Position numbers and translations under genes: made by a program. Source: Eledone cirrhosa (lineage: Eukaryota). From it: a DNA stretch of 64,000 nt. Shown here one piece after another: positions 24,571 to 37,805 of this stretch (the first letter of the stretch is position 1; each line of letters begins with the position of its first letter). Location: the NCBI GenBank assembly GCA_964016885.1, contig OZ024743.1, positions 116,188,001 to 116,252,000 of the forward strand, read 5' to 3'. The notes beneath the pieces are model-generated. The model searched no databases and had not been told where the DNA came from. It was given only the letters and a program-made list of their open reading frames with translations.

Positions 24571-25355
24571 TAGCAGTGGTACCCGGCGTTGCATGGGATA
24601 AGGTATAATGGAACGCGGGCCACCAACAGACCTAATCGTGGAAAAACTGCATGCGTGGACAATATGTAAAGAAAATAAACCGAATACTCTGATGGCTGGA
24701 TAATCTTAAGATTTTCGTCGATGAAGCAGGAAAAATGCAGGTTTTCACCTAATGCGGGCCCTAGGCCATAAAAATTGTTGGATTTTCTTTGCTTACGGTA
24801 TGAGGAAGAGACTGTCTAATACATAGTTACAATTTCAAGGAAATCGGTCTGACGTAACGCCTCAAAGAAACACTAAAAAGCTGAAAAAACGCAGCTTTTC
24901 ACATCATGCAGGCCCTAGGGTATCAACATGTTATATTTTTTTATGTGCATAACACTTCTTGGAACATAAGTAATACACATGTAAACTTTGAAAAAAAATC
25001 GGTTTGGTAATTCTCGAGTTTTAGGGATTCAAACTCACACACACACAGACATCCTCAGGGAAGTGACGTAATGCAGACAGCCAGACATACAGACATATAT
25101 TATAAGGGCGTCACGTTATATGTATGTATCTATCTAAAAAGAGAAAGACTAAGAATTATACAGAGAGATCACTAAATCGCCTAACGCGGTCCCTAGGGCA
25201 TGGACAATTTGAAATTTCTTTTGCTCAGAACACTCCCTGAAACATAAGTATTACATGTGTAAAGTTTGAAAACAGTCGGTTGGGTGGTTCTTGAGTTTTA
25301 GGCATTCGAACTCACACACACACACAGGCAGACATCCTCAGTTTTATATATATAA
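24570..25355 (-). mobile_element. Non-autonomous Helitron (composite with two 5' ends)
   Basis: CTAG end and hairpin at 24570-24600; the 5' motif cagacatcctcag occurs at about 25046-25058 and again at about 25329-25341. Confidence 0.8.
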
Positions 25356-25384
25356 ATATATATATACACATATATATATATATA

Positions 25385-25486
25385 GGAAAAAGCATGACGC
25401 CGACGGCAGAGCTCAAGCCGTTTCCACAGCTTGAGTACTCTGGTGCGTTATGGTCCAGCTGGTTTCTTACCACAACTCCTTCGTTA
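25385..25486. mobile_element. Collapsed fold-back mini-copy of the U3-A8 HHR pseudo-LTR family
   Basis: ggaaaaagcatgacgccgacggcagagctcaagccgtttc (inverted HHR half) fused to ttgagtactctggtgcgttatgg...ccttcgtta, in (TA)n. Confidence 0.75.
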
Positions 25487-25539
25487 TATATATATATATA
25501 TATATATTCATTCTAAATTTTTGAAATTTTTATTTCACT

Positions 25540-26248
25540 ATCCACACTGATTTGTATTTCATCTGATGAGGGCGTACCAAAGTTTTGGTACCCTTCACAT
25601 ATTTATATATATAAAGCTGAGGATGTCTGTCTGTGTGTGTGTGAGTTTGAATCCCTAAAGCTAGAGAAACACCCAAGTGACTGTTTTCAAACTTTACACA
25701 TGTAATACTTATGTGTCAAGGAGTGTTCTGAGCAACACAAATTTCAAATTGTCAATGCCCAAGGGACCGCATTAGGTGATTTAGCGCTCTCGCTGTATAA
25801 TTCTTAATCTTTCTCTTTTTAGACAGATACAAACATTTAACGTCGCGCGCTTATAATATATGTCTGTATGTCTGGCTGTCTGCATTACGTCACTTCCTAC
25901 AATTCGCTCTGCGTCCAGAACGCGCCCTTATAATATATGTCTGTATGTCTGGTTGACTGCTGCCTCCGGTTATTCAGCCACCCTGTCTCAAGAAAAATCT
26001 CACACTCATTCCCCAAACAGTTGGTAATTGCAAACAACTTCTTCCTCACGTTTTAAGCAACAGTGTTGCTTACTTACGTACCACCAGACACTTACTTATT
26101 TGCAAGCCGTGGTTGTGGCAATAATAAACTTAGCTATGGCGGTTATATATTTCACAATACCTTATCCCGTGCAACGCCGAGTACCACTGCTAGTATATAA
26201 TAAAATAAATATGGTTTTATAAATATAGTTTCCATCTATTAACATCAT

Positions 26249-26250
<2 letters not shown>
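25540..26250 (+). mobile_element. PLE pseudo-LTR with its hammerhead interrupted by a Helitron
   Basis: CTGATGAgggcGTACCAAAGTTTTGGTACcctt at 25563-25595 resumes at 26194 with tatataataaaataaatatggttttataaatatagtttcc, as in 383-445. Confidence 0.75.
25602..26193 (+). mobile_element. Non-autonomous Helitron
   Basis: Starts TTTATATATATAAAGCTGAGGATGTCTG and ends CCCGTGCAACGCCGAGTACCACTGCTAG|T. Confidence 0.85.
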
Positions 26251-26447
<197 letters not shown>

Positions 26448-26733
26448 TAAATGGAATAGAATGAAACGAAATTTCATTTCTCACTCTTAGCATGGCACTT
26501 ACTTAAATGTAAGTATGTATGTATACGTACATACATATATGCATACAGACGCACAGTAGTATGTATATATACACATACATGCACACATATATATATATAT
26601 ATGCACGTATCGGTTTACCGAACACTTACTATAATGCTCGGTTTGTTTGTTTGTAAACAAAAAAAACACCCCGAATTACGCCATACAGTGTTTAGGCAAC
26701 CACGTCAACTTTTTGTTCAACACTGACACAGGA

Positions 26734-26776
26734 ACGATGAACTAGTTTCAAGTTTATTAGCTATCGTCAGCATCGT
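26734..26776 (-). ncRNA. Minimal type I hammerhead ribozyme
   Basis: Minus strand: ACGATG CTGACGA tAG-ctaataaa-CTt GAAA CTAG TT^ CATCGT. Helix I is 6 bp and helix III is the palindrome ACTAGT. Confidence 0.8.
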
Positions 26777-26949
26777 ATACCTTCCTGCCAGATGGTTGAA
26801 CGTCTGAAAGTATATACTTTCCTTATACATATTAACGGCTGAGCAGCCTAACTTGCATATCGAGTGAGTTCAGTCGGCTGGGCGCACCGAAAACGATAAA
26901 TGGAAGAATGAAACGAAATTTCATTTCTCACTCTTAGTACGGCACTTAC

Positions 26950-29000
26950 TTAAATGAAGCCATGCGAAGGGAATGAGTTTCGAAATCGTCGTCCTGGCTA
27001 CAGAGTCGACGAAGGCGGAGGAATTGTGAATAGGGTATGGAGTGTTTGGTTTGGGTTGGATGGGAGGAGGTGAAGTCGAGATAAGATTGGGAATCTGTTG
27101 GTTTAATGTAGATGGAAGTAGAGAGGGTGTGGTGAGAGTGATTAATAGATAGAGAGATATCTAGAAAAGCGACAGAAGTATCGGAGACCGAGGCGGTGAA
27201 ATTGAGATCAGGATGGAAAGATTGAACAAAAGAAAGAAAGCAGTCGAGCTGTTCTCGTGATAGAGAGGTGGTGCCGATAGAGTCGTCGATATAACGACCG
27301 TATAGCTCAGGAGTCTGTCCAGCATACTGGGAGAAGATCTGGGTTTCGACGTAGCCAACAAACAAGTTGGCATAGTTTGGACCCATTCTGGTTCCCATCG
27401 CTATCCCAGAGACCTGCTGGTAAAATTCGCCTGAAAAAAAAATCCATTACGGGTGAGAACAAGCTCAGCCAGACGGAGAAGAGTGGTAGTGCTGGGGTAA
27501 GGGGTAGGGCGTAAAGCTAAAAAATGGTGCAGAGCGCGGAGGCCGTCATCATAAGGTATGACGGTATAGAGAGAAGTGATGTCCAGGGTAAAGAGAAGTC
27601 GGGAGGGAAGGAGAAAGAGTTAACAGTTTAAGGGCATGATTTGTATCGTGGATGTGGGAGGAGAGATTGCCGACCAACGGGGCGAGGATGGTGACTAAAT
27701 ATTCAGAAATTATCTCGGTGGGGCAGTTTCACGCACACACGATAGGACGGCCAGGATTATTTTGTTTGTGTATTTTGGGGAGGAGGTAGATGGTGGGTGT
27801 GTGAGGGGTGCGTATAATAGGGTTGGTGGCTGTGGAGGGTAGTGAGAGGAGGAGATGAGCTCGTGGATGGTGGAGGACACGAGCTGTTGTTGGCCAGGAG
27901 TGGGGTCGGAGGATAAAGGGCGGTAAAACAGGTTATTGTGAAGCTGGCGGAGGGCTTCAGCCCTATAGAGGTCAGAGCTCCAAACCACCACTGCACCACC
28001 TTTGTCAGCGGGTTTGATGACAATGTCATCGCGACACCGATGGTTGCAAAGAGTGGAGAGCTCAGTTTGCGTGATGCTAGAGGGACGAAAATCCTGGTGG
28101 AAGCGGAACCGATTCGCAGTACGCCGGCAAATATCGACAAAGGAGTCGAGGGTGCTGAACTGGCCAGAGCTCGAGTCTAGTGTGATTGCCGGCGACTGAG
28201 ATGAGTGAAGTCATCCGTCTGTGTTGATGGTGGCCTGTCGTGAAAAATAGCTTTCACCTTTAAACGACGGAAGAACCCTTCAATCTCGGCACGTGTGCGG
28301 AACTCGTCGCAGGTAGATGTGGTTGGTATAAAACACAAACCACGGGCAAGGAAGGAGGGCTCAGCTTTGGAGAGTTGTAGGTCCTGGGGTATGGTAACTA
28401 CAGTGCAGGGACGTGAGGAATGAAAGAGGCGGAATCGGAGGGGTCAAGGTGGTTGGGCAAATCGTGTGCAGATACAGTGGTAGGTGACGGGAGAGACGGG
28501 TTAGGGTTGGAGGTGATATGAGTATGGGTGGTGACGGCAGGCGGGGAGCGGATAGAGTCGAGTTTATAGTTTTCTTTAGGAAGCGAGGAAATTGAAAAGG
28601 AAGCGATTGAGGTAAAGGATGAATTGGATAAGGGTTTGTGCGAGAAAAGGGTGGCAAGTGGAGAGAGATGGAGGTAGGCCTTGGGGAGATCTCGGTCGAG
28701 AGAACGGATTTGGGCGAGAGTTGATCGAATAGTCGCCAGCATGAGCTCGCAAGCGGAGCGGGTGAGGATGGGCTTAGTGGTGGGAGCAGAGCAAGAGGTG
28801 GGGTGAGACATGAGGCGGCACCCACGGGGAATGAGGTGGGAGTGGGGACAGCGGCTTAAAAATGCGACAGTTGAATCGTGTTTTGGTGAAGAAGACGTTG
28901 GAGAGATGCAGGGAGGATTGGATGTATATAGGAGGGTGGTTTGGAGGAAGCGCTTGAGAGTAGAATGGAGCTGGCGGAGAAAATGATTTGAGATTGGACG
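26950..29000 (-). pseudogene. Penelope-like element ORF (N-terminus and RT), frameshifted, GIY-YIG missing
   Basis: LARGLCFIPT, IKPADKGGAVVVW, MGTRMGPNYANLF, RYIDD, AFLDISL and YIKPTDSQSYLDFTSSHP...SIPYSQFLRLRRLCS. Confidence 0.9.
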
Positions 29001-29748
29001 CGCATATATATATATATATACGTATATATATATATACACAAACATATATATATATACACATATAAATATACATATCCATACACATGTACATCCACTTACA
29101 TCTGCATACAAATATAACCGTGCACAAATCGCATAACTTGATATAAATGAGATTAAGTCATGTTTACGAAAGTAATTAAAGAGAAAATTCTAGGAAAATA
29201 AATTCGTTTATTAGATGGGGTATTTTTGATGTGTTTCATGTATTAGCTTTGCTTTGTCCCCCACTCTCAATCTCTCTCATACACACTTACGTATATATAT
29301 ATACATATATTTGCGTGTGTGTTTGTGCGTGTGTGTTTGTGTGTGTTTGTTTGCGTGTTTGCTTGTGTGTGTGGTGTGTTGGGGGGGGGGGGTATAAAGC
29401 GAGTGAGAGAAAGCGGGGTGAGTCGGGAGATAGAGAACGAGATACGTAGGTAGATAGATAACTTTCTTTTTATTTGCCACCAGGGCGTCAAGGAGTTGGA
29501 CAAGTACAATTGGGGAAGTTTACATAAAAAGGCGTCCTCAATAAGGAGGAGGCAATAACAAAATATAAAAATATAAGATATAAGATATAACAAAAATAAA
29601 TTAAATAATAAAATTCTCAAAAGGTAGGAGGCCCTTGTGTGTGTTGGGGGGGGGGGGGGGGGCGCACGCACCTCGGAAAAAGTGTGCAACCCTTCTCCTC
29701 AGGAACACAGAGAGAGAGAGTGCTCCCTTGATCTTTCATCTTCCTCAC

Positions 29749-32700
29749 CTATAGTCTGATGTATAGTGAAGGACCATTCACACGGGCCATTCTCGCCACT
29801 TTCACCCATCTTTCATAAAAACGGCTGGGGTGCAGCACCTCTCTCTCCATCCTGATTCTTCTTCCGAAATGATATCGGAAGAAACGGACCAGTTGTTGGC
29901 CAGAGAGAAAGGTGTCTGACCTCAGTCCTTTCAGACGCGTCCACCATACAACCTCTTTCACCATTGCTATTAGGCACAGAAACACCGCCTCTTCTTCGTT
30001 TTTGAAGAGGGGAGGGGGTTTGATCGTTACAATAGGCTCGGTGGTAAACCGGTTCGGTCCCACCCGTGACAGCAGTCGTTCGAAATAGCCCCACAGATCG
30101 CCAATGCCAGAGCAGTGTACCGATGCGTGCGCAAGATTTCCTCGTCGCATACGCATCTGGGACAGATCTTTTTCGAGGGGTCCCTACCCGGGCGCCCGTG
30201 TCTGTAGAGCCTTTCTCGAACGGGCAGAGGCCCTCGGTAGCACTGCCAGGCCAGGTACATCTGGAAGTTATCCATAGGTCCCGGGCTGAATGTCCTACTC
30301 AACAGGTTGGCCAGTCCGTTTCTTCCATGCCTAGGACTTCTCCGAGGGAGTCGTCGCACTTGCTAACCACCAGCCCTCTATAGAATGACGAGGTGGATTC
30401 TCCACTGGCAGACGGGTCCGCCTGCCAGAGAGCCGTGAACGCCTGGGCGCACTCGATGTGCCAGGCGCCCAGTTTTCTCGGTCTTTGCTTGACCCAGGAT
30501 TGTAGCTCGGTGAGCGAGACGAGTCTGGGAAAGGCTCGCCTCACAAACGGGGCCCACACCGGAATACCTGGAGGTGCCGTAGCCTTAATGCGTGTTTACG
30601 CATCATCAGCCACGGCACCCCCAGCCCTCCTTTCGAAGGGTGTTGACAGCAGATGGATTTCTTCACCATAGGAGCCTGCTTTTTCCAAAGGGATTGGAAG
30701 AGAGCGCGCTCCATTTTGGCGAGCGTTTCCCTTTCAGGGACAGTTTGCACTCGGCCCACTTCTGGGTCAGTGCAATCACCCTGTTCGTTACCTCACCCCA
30801 GTTCTTCTCCACCTGGAGGTCTGGTTCGAACCAGACCCCAAGCAACTTCACCGGGCCCTCCGTCCAGCGCCCGACGACGCCATCGGGGGGCATCGATTTT
30901 CCCCTCCACGTGCCGAGTTGCAGACCGATCGACTTGTCCCGGTTCACCTTATCCTCTGTAAACCTTTCTTACTTCTCCAGTAAGGTGCCGATCGACCCTA
31001 TTTCCGAGGCCGCCGACACCATTACTGTTACGTCATCGGCGTAGGCCGACACCGCTTTCCGCAATCTCGGTTCCAACGGGATGCCCTGCAACAACTCCAA
31101 CTTCCGCAGCAGTAGATCAGAGAGTCATTACATACAGAAGGGAGGATAGACGGCACCCTTTTCGGATGGACCTCGCGATTTCGAACGGCTCCGAGAGGTA
31201 GCCGTTCACCTTGATCCTAGAGCTGTGAATGGCAGTGATCCAGCCCCTGAAAACGGGTCCGAAGCCTGCCGCCGCTAGCACCGAATCCAGGTAACCATGG
31301 TCGACCCTATCGAACGCCTTAGATTGATCCAAGTTGATCAGGGCCCCACCAAAGCCGGGTTCGTTCCCAACCCTCTCTATGATGTATCGCATGAGGTGGA
31401 GGTTGTCGTGGATGGACTTGGAAGGGATAGCACATATCTGCGCATCTCCTATCCAGGTTGCTCACGACAAGCGCCATCCTCTTTGCTAGCACCTTGGCCA
31501 CAACCTGTAACTCTGTATTTAGCAGAGTTATGGGCCTGAAATTTAATATATCTTTCCCCTTGGTCTCGTCCTTCCTCACTAGCGTGACTACGCCCTTGGT
31601 CACAGCACAGGGAATTATCCCGTTCTGTTGCCAGTTGCAGTAGACCGCCTCGAGGAGATCGGGGAACATGTCCGGTATAGCTAGATATAGTTCGTATGGA
31701 AGACCATCAAGACACGGGGATTTCCGTTTGCCGCATTGGCTCAGCACGTCCTCTATCTCAGCGGCTGAAATCGGCTCCTCGCAGGACTTCTCCTCCTTGT
31801 CCGAGAGTCACGCCAGGCCGTCGAGGTATGGACCGAAGTCCACTTCCCCAACCGGCTCCCCGCCCCTTCCGAACAATCTGGCAAAGTGCTTTTGAAAAGC
31901 CTCGCACATCTGCTTAGGTTCAAGGATCACTCGTCCATGCTGGTCTCGCAAAGACCGGATAGTGGATCTAATCCTTCTTTTGGCTTCTGTCACGAGGGCC
32001 CTGCTAACAGCTTTGGTCCCCTCGTTTCCCAGAGCACGTATTTTGCTTCGGACTATGCAGCCTTCGTGTTTCGCGTCGAAGAACTGGCCCAGGTCCGTTC
32101 TCGACGCTAGCATTCTGCCCACGTCGCGGCTTCTAATTGCCTCTTCTACACTATCTACCAACTCCCTTTCCTTCCTATTTCTATTTGAGGCTAACTCATT
32201 ACTAAATTCTATAGAGACTACTCTAATCTCTCCTTTGAGAGATCCCCACCACCTGCTGTTGACGATGGCGCCCGTCAACCGCTCCTTAACTAAAGTGGTA
32301 ATTCGGTCCCTGTAAGCTTTACTTGCCGGTAAATACAAGTTGAGCTTCCAGTAACCGGGTCCTTTTCTATGCGGACTGTCAAGGTTGACCATGCAGGTCA
32401 TTAACTTGTGGTCTGAATAGCCAACCATGAGCATTTTTGGACAACTTAAAAAGTCCTTATCCTTATTTCTAACTAAAAACCTATCTAGGTGCGACCTAGA
32501 TGATCCGCTGCGGTTTGCCCAAGTCCATGTTGGCGCAGTCTGAAAATCTAGTTGATATCTATCGGCCAGGTCAAATCGGCCGATTAACCCTTTGAGGCTG
32601 TTACACACCTGTCTATCGGGACAGGCCTCTACGTAGTCCCAACGTGCATCTAGGATACCATTCCAGTCCCCCACTAATAGCAAGGCGCGGGACGTCCCTA

Positions 32701-33087
32701 GAAAAGTCTCCAGACGATGGAAGAAGTCCTGCCGCGTTGACCTGAATGGGCCGTAGACGGCTACCAGCCTAAACGCTCCGCCTTCACCACTGCCAAGGTC
32801 CAGAACCTCTAGTCGCCCTCCGGGACCAAATGTACCGTCTGTGTTGCGAGACCCAGATGTTTTTGCAGCAGAACGACAACCCCAACCCCCACCTCCGGGC
32901 TGACAGAGAGATGCGTGCATATCAAAGTCATCAAGGTGGGGGCCAGCTGTCGCACGTTGCAGATCCGGGCCTCGCAAATAACCATCACATCTATACGTTG
33001 TGACCTGAGGTCATTTAGAAGCATTGCTTGCTTCGAAGTTGAGCCCAGGCCACGCGCATTTAGACAACCTACTCTCAGCATAGCCAT
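29749..33087 (-). pseudogene. Tx1 ORF2 (APE endonuclease-RT-zinc domain), frameshifted
   Basis: MAMLRVGCLNARG, LVGDWN, SHLDRF, YSDHK, LDQSKAFDRVDH and YADD. Confidence 0.9.
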
Positions 33088-33112
33088 GTTGGTGGTGAAG
33101 AGAAAAGGCACT

Positions 33113-34781
33113 TACCTCTCTGCGTTCCGGGTATCGGGCTACCCAATTTCCATGAGGGTGGGGGATGGACTGTGTGTGGGGTGGTGGTTTGTGGAAGTGT
33201 AGGGGCATCAGTGTGTTGTGTGGTTGGGGTGTTTGGAGTTGTGTGGGTGTTTGGGGAGGGTGTTGGGAAATGTTTTAGGAGGACGCAGTTAATGGGCCCG
33301 ACGCAGGGGGGGGGGGGGCACACGTCCTATTTAAAGTTTTTTTTAGCGTTTTATATGTATCCTCTGGGGCCTTAATTGTTGTTGTATATAATGTTTAGCA
33401 GTTTTTTATTTCTTGTGTTTATGTATGTGAATGCATGTTTTTGTTTGTGTGGTGTTTTTTGTTCGCTGTTGTTGCGTGCTCTTTTGTGTTGGTGTCTGTG
33501 TTATGTTTTGCGGAAGGGTTGTTTTCATTTGTGTGTCTGAGGTGTCTTTTGTTTTTTTTCTTTTGATTGTGTGGAAATGCTCTTCCTCGTCTTACGACGA
33601 ACGAGGGTCATCTTCCGTGTTGGAGGGGGGGGGTAGATTTTCGGGTTGTGTTTGCGGTGCTGGTGTCTTGGAAATAGGTTGTTTTTTTTAGTGGGGGGAT
33701 TGGTTGGACAGTGTTTTGTTTTGGTTTGAGCTGTGGTTGTTGTTTTTGTAGTGGAGGTTGTGGTGATTGTGTTGGTTGTGCAGTTGTTGGTGGTGTAGGC
33801 AGGATTGGGGTTTTCTTTTTAAGTTGAGGACAGACAGCCCTCAGGTGCCTTCTGGCTCCACAGAGGTAACACGTTGGCCGCCTACCCTCAACGGTAATGT
33901 TAATAAAAGTTTGATCATCCAGTATGACGCGTTAATCGATCTGGGCGATCCTTTCGGGCCTCATTTGAACTACAAGCTCGAGGTCCATTCCACTGAACGC
34001 GTCACCCGATGCCTTTCCCATGGATATTAATGTGCCGTCGTCTAGGTCCAGGAAACCTGTTAATACCCACCATATGTCCATAATCGGAAGGATGGTGTGA
34101 ATTTTTATTTTTTTGTGTCCTTCTACCCATGAATGTAGGGTAGAATGTGTATGCGGTGGATGTGATCGGTTTTATTGAGAGTTTAGCTGCCGTGTCCCTG
34201 TCCTTCATGAGAATAGATAGACTCCCGTAGAGTCTTCTGAATGAATATGATGTCTGTCATGACATCTTTTAAAACCAGCTCTATCTCACTCTGTAATGGT
34301 TGAGCTGGTTTTTGGGTTTTGTTTGAGACTGTCCTAAACATGACAGTGTTTAGCAGTCTCCGGCCTTTTAGTTCCGGGGGAGGGGGGGGGGTCGAAAATG
34401 ATCCATTTTCCCCGAACACTACGTAGCTTTGCTTATATCTACTGGCAGATAGTCGAGGGTTTGCCTTGCAGTCTGGGCGAAGGAGACCTTTTCCTTGTTC
34501 GTGTTGCTGTTGTTGTTGGTGGTGTTGTTGTTATCATTGTTGTTTGTGCTGTTGTTGTTTTTGATGTCTTTATTGTTGCTGTTGTTATCGTTGTTGTTGT
34601 TATTTTCAGTTTCTTGTATAGTTGTGGCTACATCAATTTGTCGGTCAGCAGGTGGAGAAAGTTCTTGCTCTGGCTGACCTCTGCCTTTGGCATCTGCTGC
34701 TGTGACAGTGGCAGGGGGAAGCTTCCACTTCCCTTTTCTTCCTCTGAATGTTGGTGAAGATGCTTCAGCCATTTTTATCAA
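33113..34781 (-). pseudogene. Tx1 ORF1, frameshifted
   Basis: Upstream of ORF2; Asn/Thr-rich N-terminus and KVSFAQ segment paralleling the LSFARV segment in family B ORF1. Confidence 0.7.
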
Positions 34782-35440
34782 AGTAGGATTTTTTGAAATG
34801 TTTCGAAAGATAACATTTTTACAACACTATTTCGCCTAAAGGCGTAGAATATTTTGAGAGACAGACCAGATCAAAATTTGACCTGGCAGTCCCACTACAA
34901 AGTGGTACATAAATGAAAGTTTACAGTTAGGAATTTCTATGGAAATTTAGGCAGAACTTACCCAGCAAGTTTCACGCGTGTATCCATCCCAGATAGGTAG
35001 GTAGATAGATGTGAACTTAGACACTGCAACTTAATTATTAAAATCGCAGCTGGACTCAGTGGGTAATGCTTTCAATGACTTTATGTCTATATACCTGAAA
35101 TAGATGGGAAGAAAGGACCTGTGTTATAACAAGGATAACAAAACATTTAACAATTTAACTTGTCTAGATATTGTTGTATCTATTCATTTCCTCAGCCATG
35201 TTTGGACTGAAGACAAATTTAGAGTTGTTAACATAACTATATTTTTAATAATGGACTTGTGAAAATACACTAAACAACAAATAATGAAAACAAGTTTTGA
35301 GCCTGTACTATATATATAAACACAAATGTCTATACACGAATTTCACGCACGAACTGATAGGAATGCATGTTGACACTTACAAATATGCTTAAATACATAT
35401 ATACTTGCAGACACAAATTCATGCACATCCAGAATGTATA

Positions 35441-36360
35441 TCTATATATATAAAACTGTGGTTGTCTGTCTGTCTATCGATTTTTGGCACACATCTCCTC
35501 TTAGAATCTCTCACGGAATTGCACCGAAATTGCTAGACTTGTACATTGAGCCCTAGCGAAGACATCGGAAAAAAAGAATTTCAAATTGACCCACCCTATG
35601 TGACGAAATCGAATATAATGTATCGATTTTTGAGCGTAAGTTATCAGTTATTTCCCTTTGTTCTGTTTACATTGAGCGTCTTACGTAAAAACTTACGCTG
35701 GCTTTCTCAGCGTTTAAAATGACATTAACACAATACACGTTCGAACACTAAGCTTCCGTTTTGCTTCATTTCCATTTAAAAGCCTTTTAAAACAATATGT
35801 TTACTTGAAAACAAGTCTATTTAAAGACTACGTAAAACAAGCAAATATTTCGTAAAAAAAAGCAAAAATTATATAAGTTTATTTAAAATATATGTATCTG
35901 TAAATTTCGTTAGGCGTGCAGACAGACGGTCGTGCAGACAGACAGTCGTGCAGAGTGGTGACATAGGCGTGCAGACAGACAGTCGTGCAGAGAGGTGATA
36001 TAGGTGTGCAGACAGACAGTCGTGCAGAGAGGTGATATAGGCGTGCAGACAGACATAACTGATAACTTGGTTACGCTAATGTTTTTCTCTGCGTTGCAGT
36101 GTTTACATTTTCGATCTTTGTTAATAAATAACCAGTGCAGTTTTTATCCCCAGCATCCTCTTTTGTTATAACATTTGGGTTATCGTTATGTTTTCTTAAC
36201 TTCATAAGGCTTATTGTTGGTTGAGGGAATATTAATCAAAAACACCACATGCAAGTCTGCACAGTAGACCCTACAGTTTTTAAGCCAAAAAAGAAACTTA
36301 ACATTGTAACTTTAACACAGCTAATGAGCGACCCCGAGCAACGCCGGGCTTTACTGCTAG
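35441..36360 (+). mobile_element. Non-autonomous Helitron
   Basis: A|TCTATATATATAAAACTGTGG start; CCCGAGCAACGCCGGG hairpin and CTAG|T end. Confidence 0.88.
35911..36055. repeat. 37-bp minisatellite inside the Helitron
   Basis: taggcgtgcagacagacagtcgtgcagagaggtgata, about 3.5 copies. Confidence 0.9.
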
Positions 36361-36488
36361 TATATATATAAAGTAATTCCGTAGAAAGAAGAGTGCTCTA
36401 TGTATAGTACAGAGCTATTACATTATCTAACAAACCTTTCGTGAAGCCTTGGGTAATTGAATAATTGTATTGTATTGTTTATTACATA

Positions 36489-36672
36489 ATTGTTTCTACT
36501 TTCGGCACAAGGCCCGCAATTACCCAGTGTGTTTCTGGTACTTTATTTTATCGACCCCGTAAGGATGAAGGGCAAAGTTAACCTCGGCTGGATTTGAACT
36601 CAGAATGGCAAGGGCCGTAACTCTATGCGTCAAAGCATAGCGTCCGACACTCTACCGACACTGCCAACACCG
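36489..36672 (-). mobile_element. tRNA-derived SINE with 12-bp TSD
   Basis: Family body; tattacataatt at 36480-36491 and 36673-36684. Confidence 0.9.
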
Positions 36673-36837
36673 TATTACATAATTATATATATATATATAA
36701 TATTAAAGATACTATTTATAGTTATGTATATACTATACTATAAACAACTATAAACAGGGAAGGTCAGTAATTTATTACTACCGTATTACCAGTAAGGGAA
36801 ATAGCTCAGTTGTTTTACAGAGCAGTAATATAGATTA

Positions 36838-36889
<52 letters not shown>

Positions 36890-37004
36890 AAACTTACAGA
36901 AACTCATCTATAAATTAGTAGGGGGCGCCATAATGACATATATTTCTTGAGAAGGAGAGAGAGATTGCCAGAGGGAAAGTGAAAATATGATATGGCGAAA
37001 GAAT

Positions 37005-37160
37005 TGACTGGTGTATTTCACTGAATATATATTTTAACGACTTCTAAATGATAAAAGGTAAAATTGAAGTTGACGGTATTCGAAATCAGAATCTAATGCG
37101 ACGGAATCAATGCCGGACATAATATTAGCTATGCTCTAACGATTCTTCCTATCCACAACT
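37005..37160 (-). mobile_element. Diverged SINE
   Basis: aatgataaaaggtaaaattgaag...attcgaaatcagaa resembles the SINE body. Confidence 0.5.
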
Positions 37161-37666
37161 TTCTGATTCATATAATCTAATTTCTAAAGATAACGTATTG
37201 TTTTTTTATAGTTAATTGTCTTTTGGTTGTATCACAACAAATGAATATTGCGTCGGTCTCAATATCACTAAGCATATATCTATGGCTTTTGCAATACGAG
37301 CACTTCACCACATTCTCGACCCAACTTACAATTAAATGTATCTGGCTACTGTCGATAAGAGTTATGTTACCTCTCATAAAAGATCGTTGTTTGTCCAACT
37401 GCTTTGCTCTTTCGGATGAACAGGTTTGACAAGGCTTTTAGAAAAATGACCTAATACAGACTTCTAACGTATGCGTACATTATCGTTGAACTGTCAAATA
37501 TGATAAGAAAAATGCATGTTTACCTGTGATAGATATGCATAATCTACCATAATTCATTCATATTGTCACTTTAAAGTCTATCACAATCTCTATTTCTCTT
37601 TCCAGTATATAATGTACTATATGCATACATATAATCATATGTATATATATATATATATATATATAC

Positions 37667-37805
37667 TTTTTTTTTATTTCATAGAAGGAGCTTCTACAGT
37701 ACTAGTCCTGTAGAAGCTCCTTCTATAAAATAAAAAAAATGTTACTCTGCCATGTATTGAGTACCTTACTTACTGTGGTTATCCCCGACTCAACCCGGGA
37801 CCTAC

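Larger units (their letters stand above)
29460..34990 (-). mobile_element. Full-length Tx1/L1-clade retrotransposon (family A), degenerate ORF1 and ORF2
   Basis: ORF1 remnants 34781-33113 and ORF2 33087-29749 (APE, RT, zf-RVT). A 20-bp TSD with one mismatch: agatacgtaggtagatagat 29440-29459 and agataggtaggtagatagat 34991-35010. Confidence 0.93.

Noticed and set aside
35911-36055. 37-bp repeat array as a possible CRISPR
   Set aside because: There are no unique spacers or cas genes; it is a minisatellite inside a eukaryotic Helitron.
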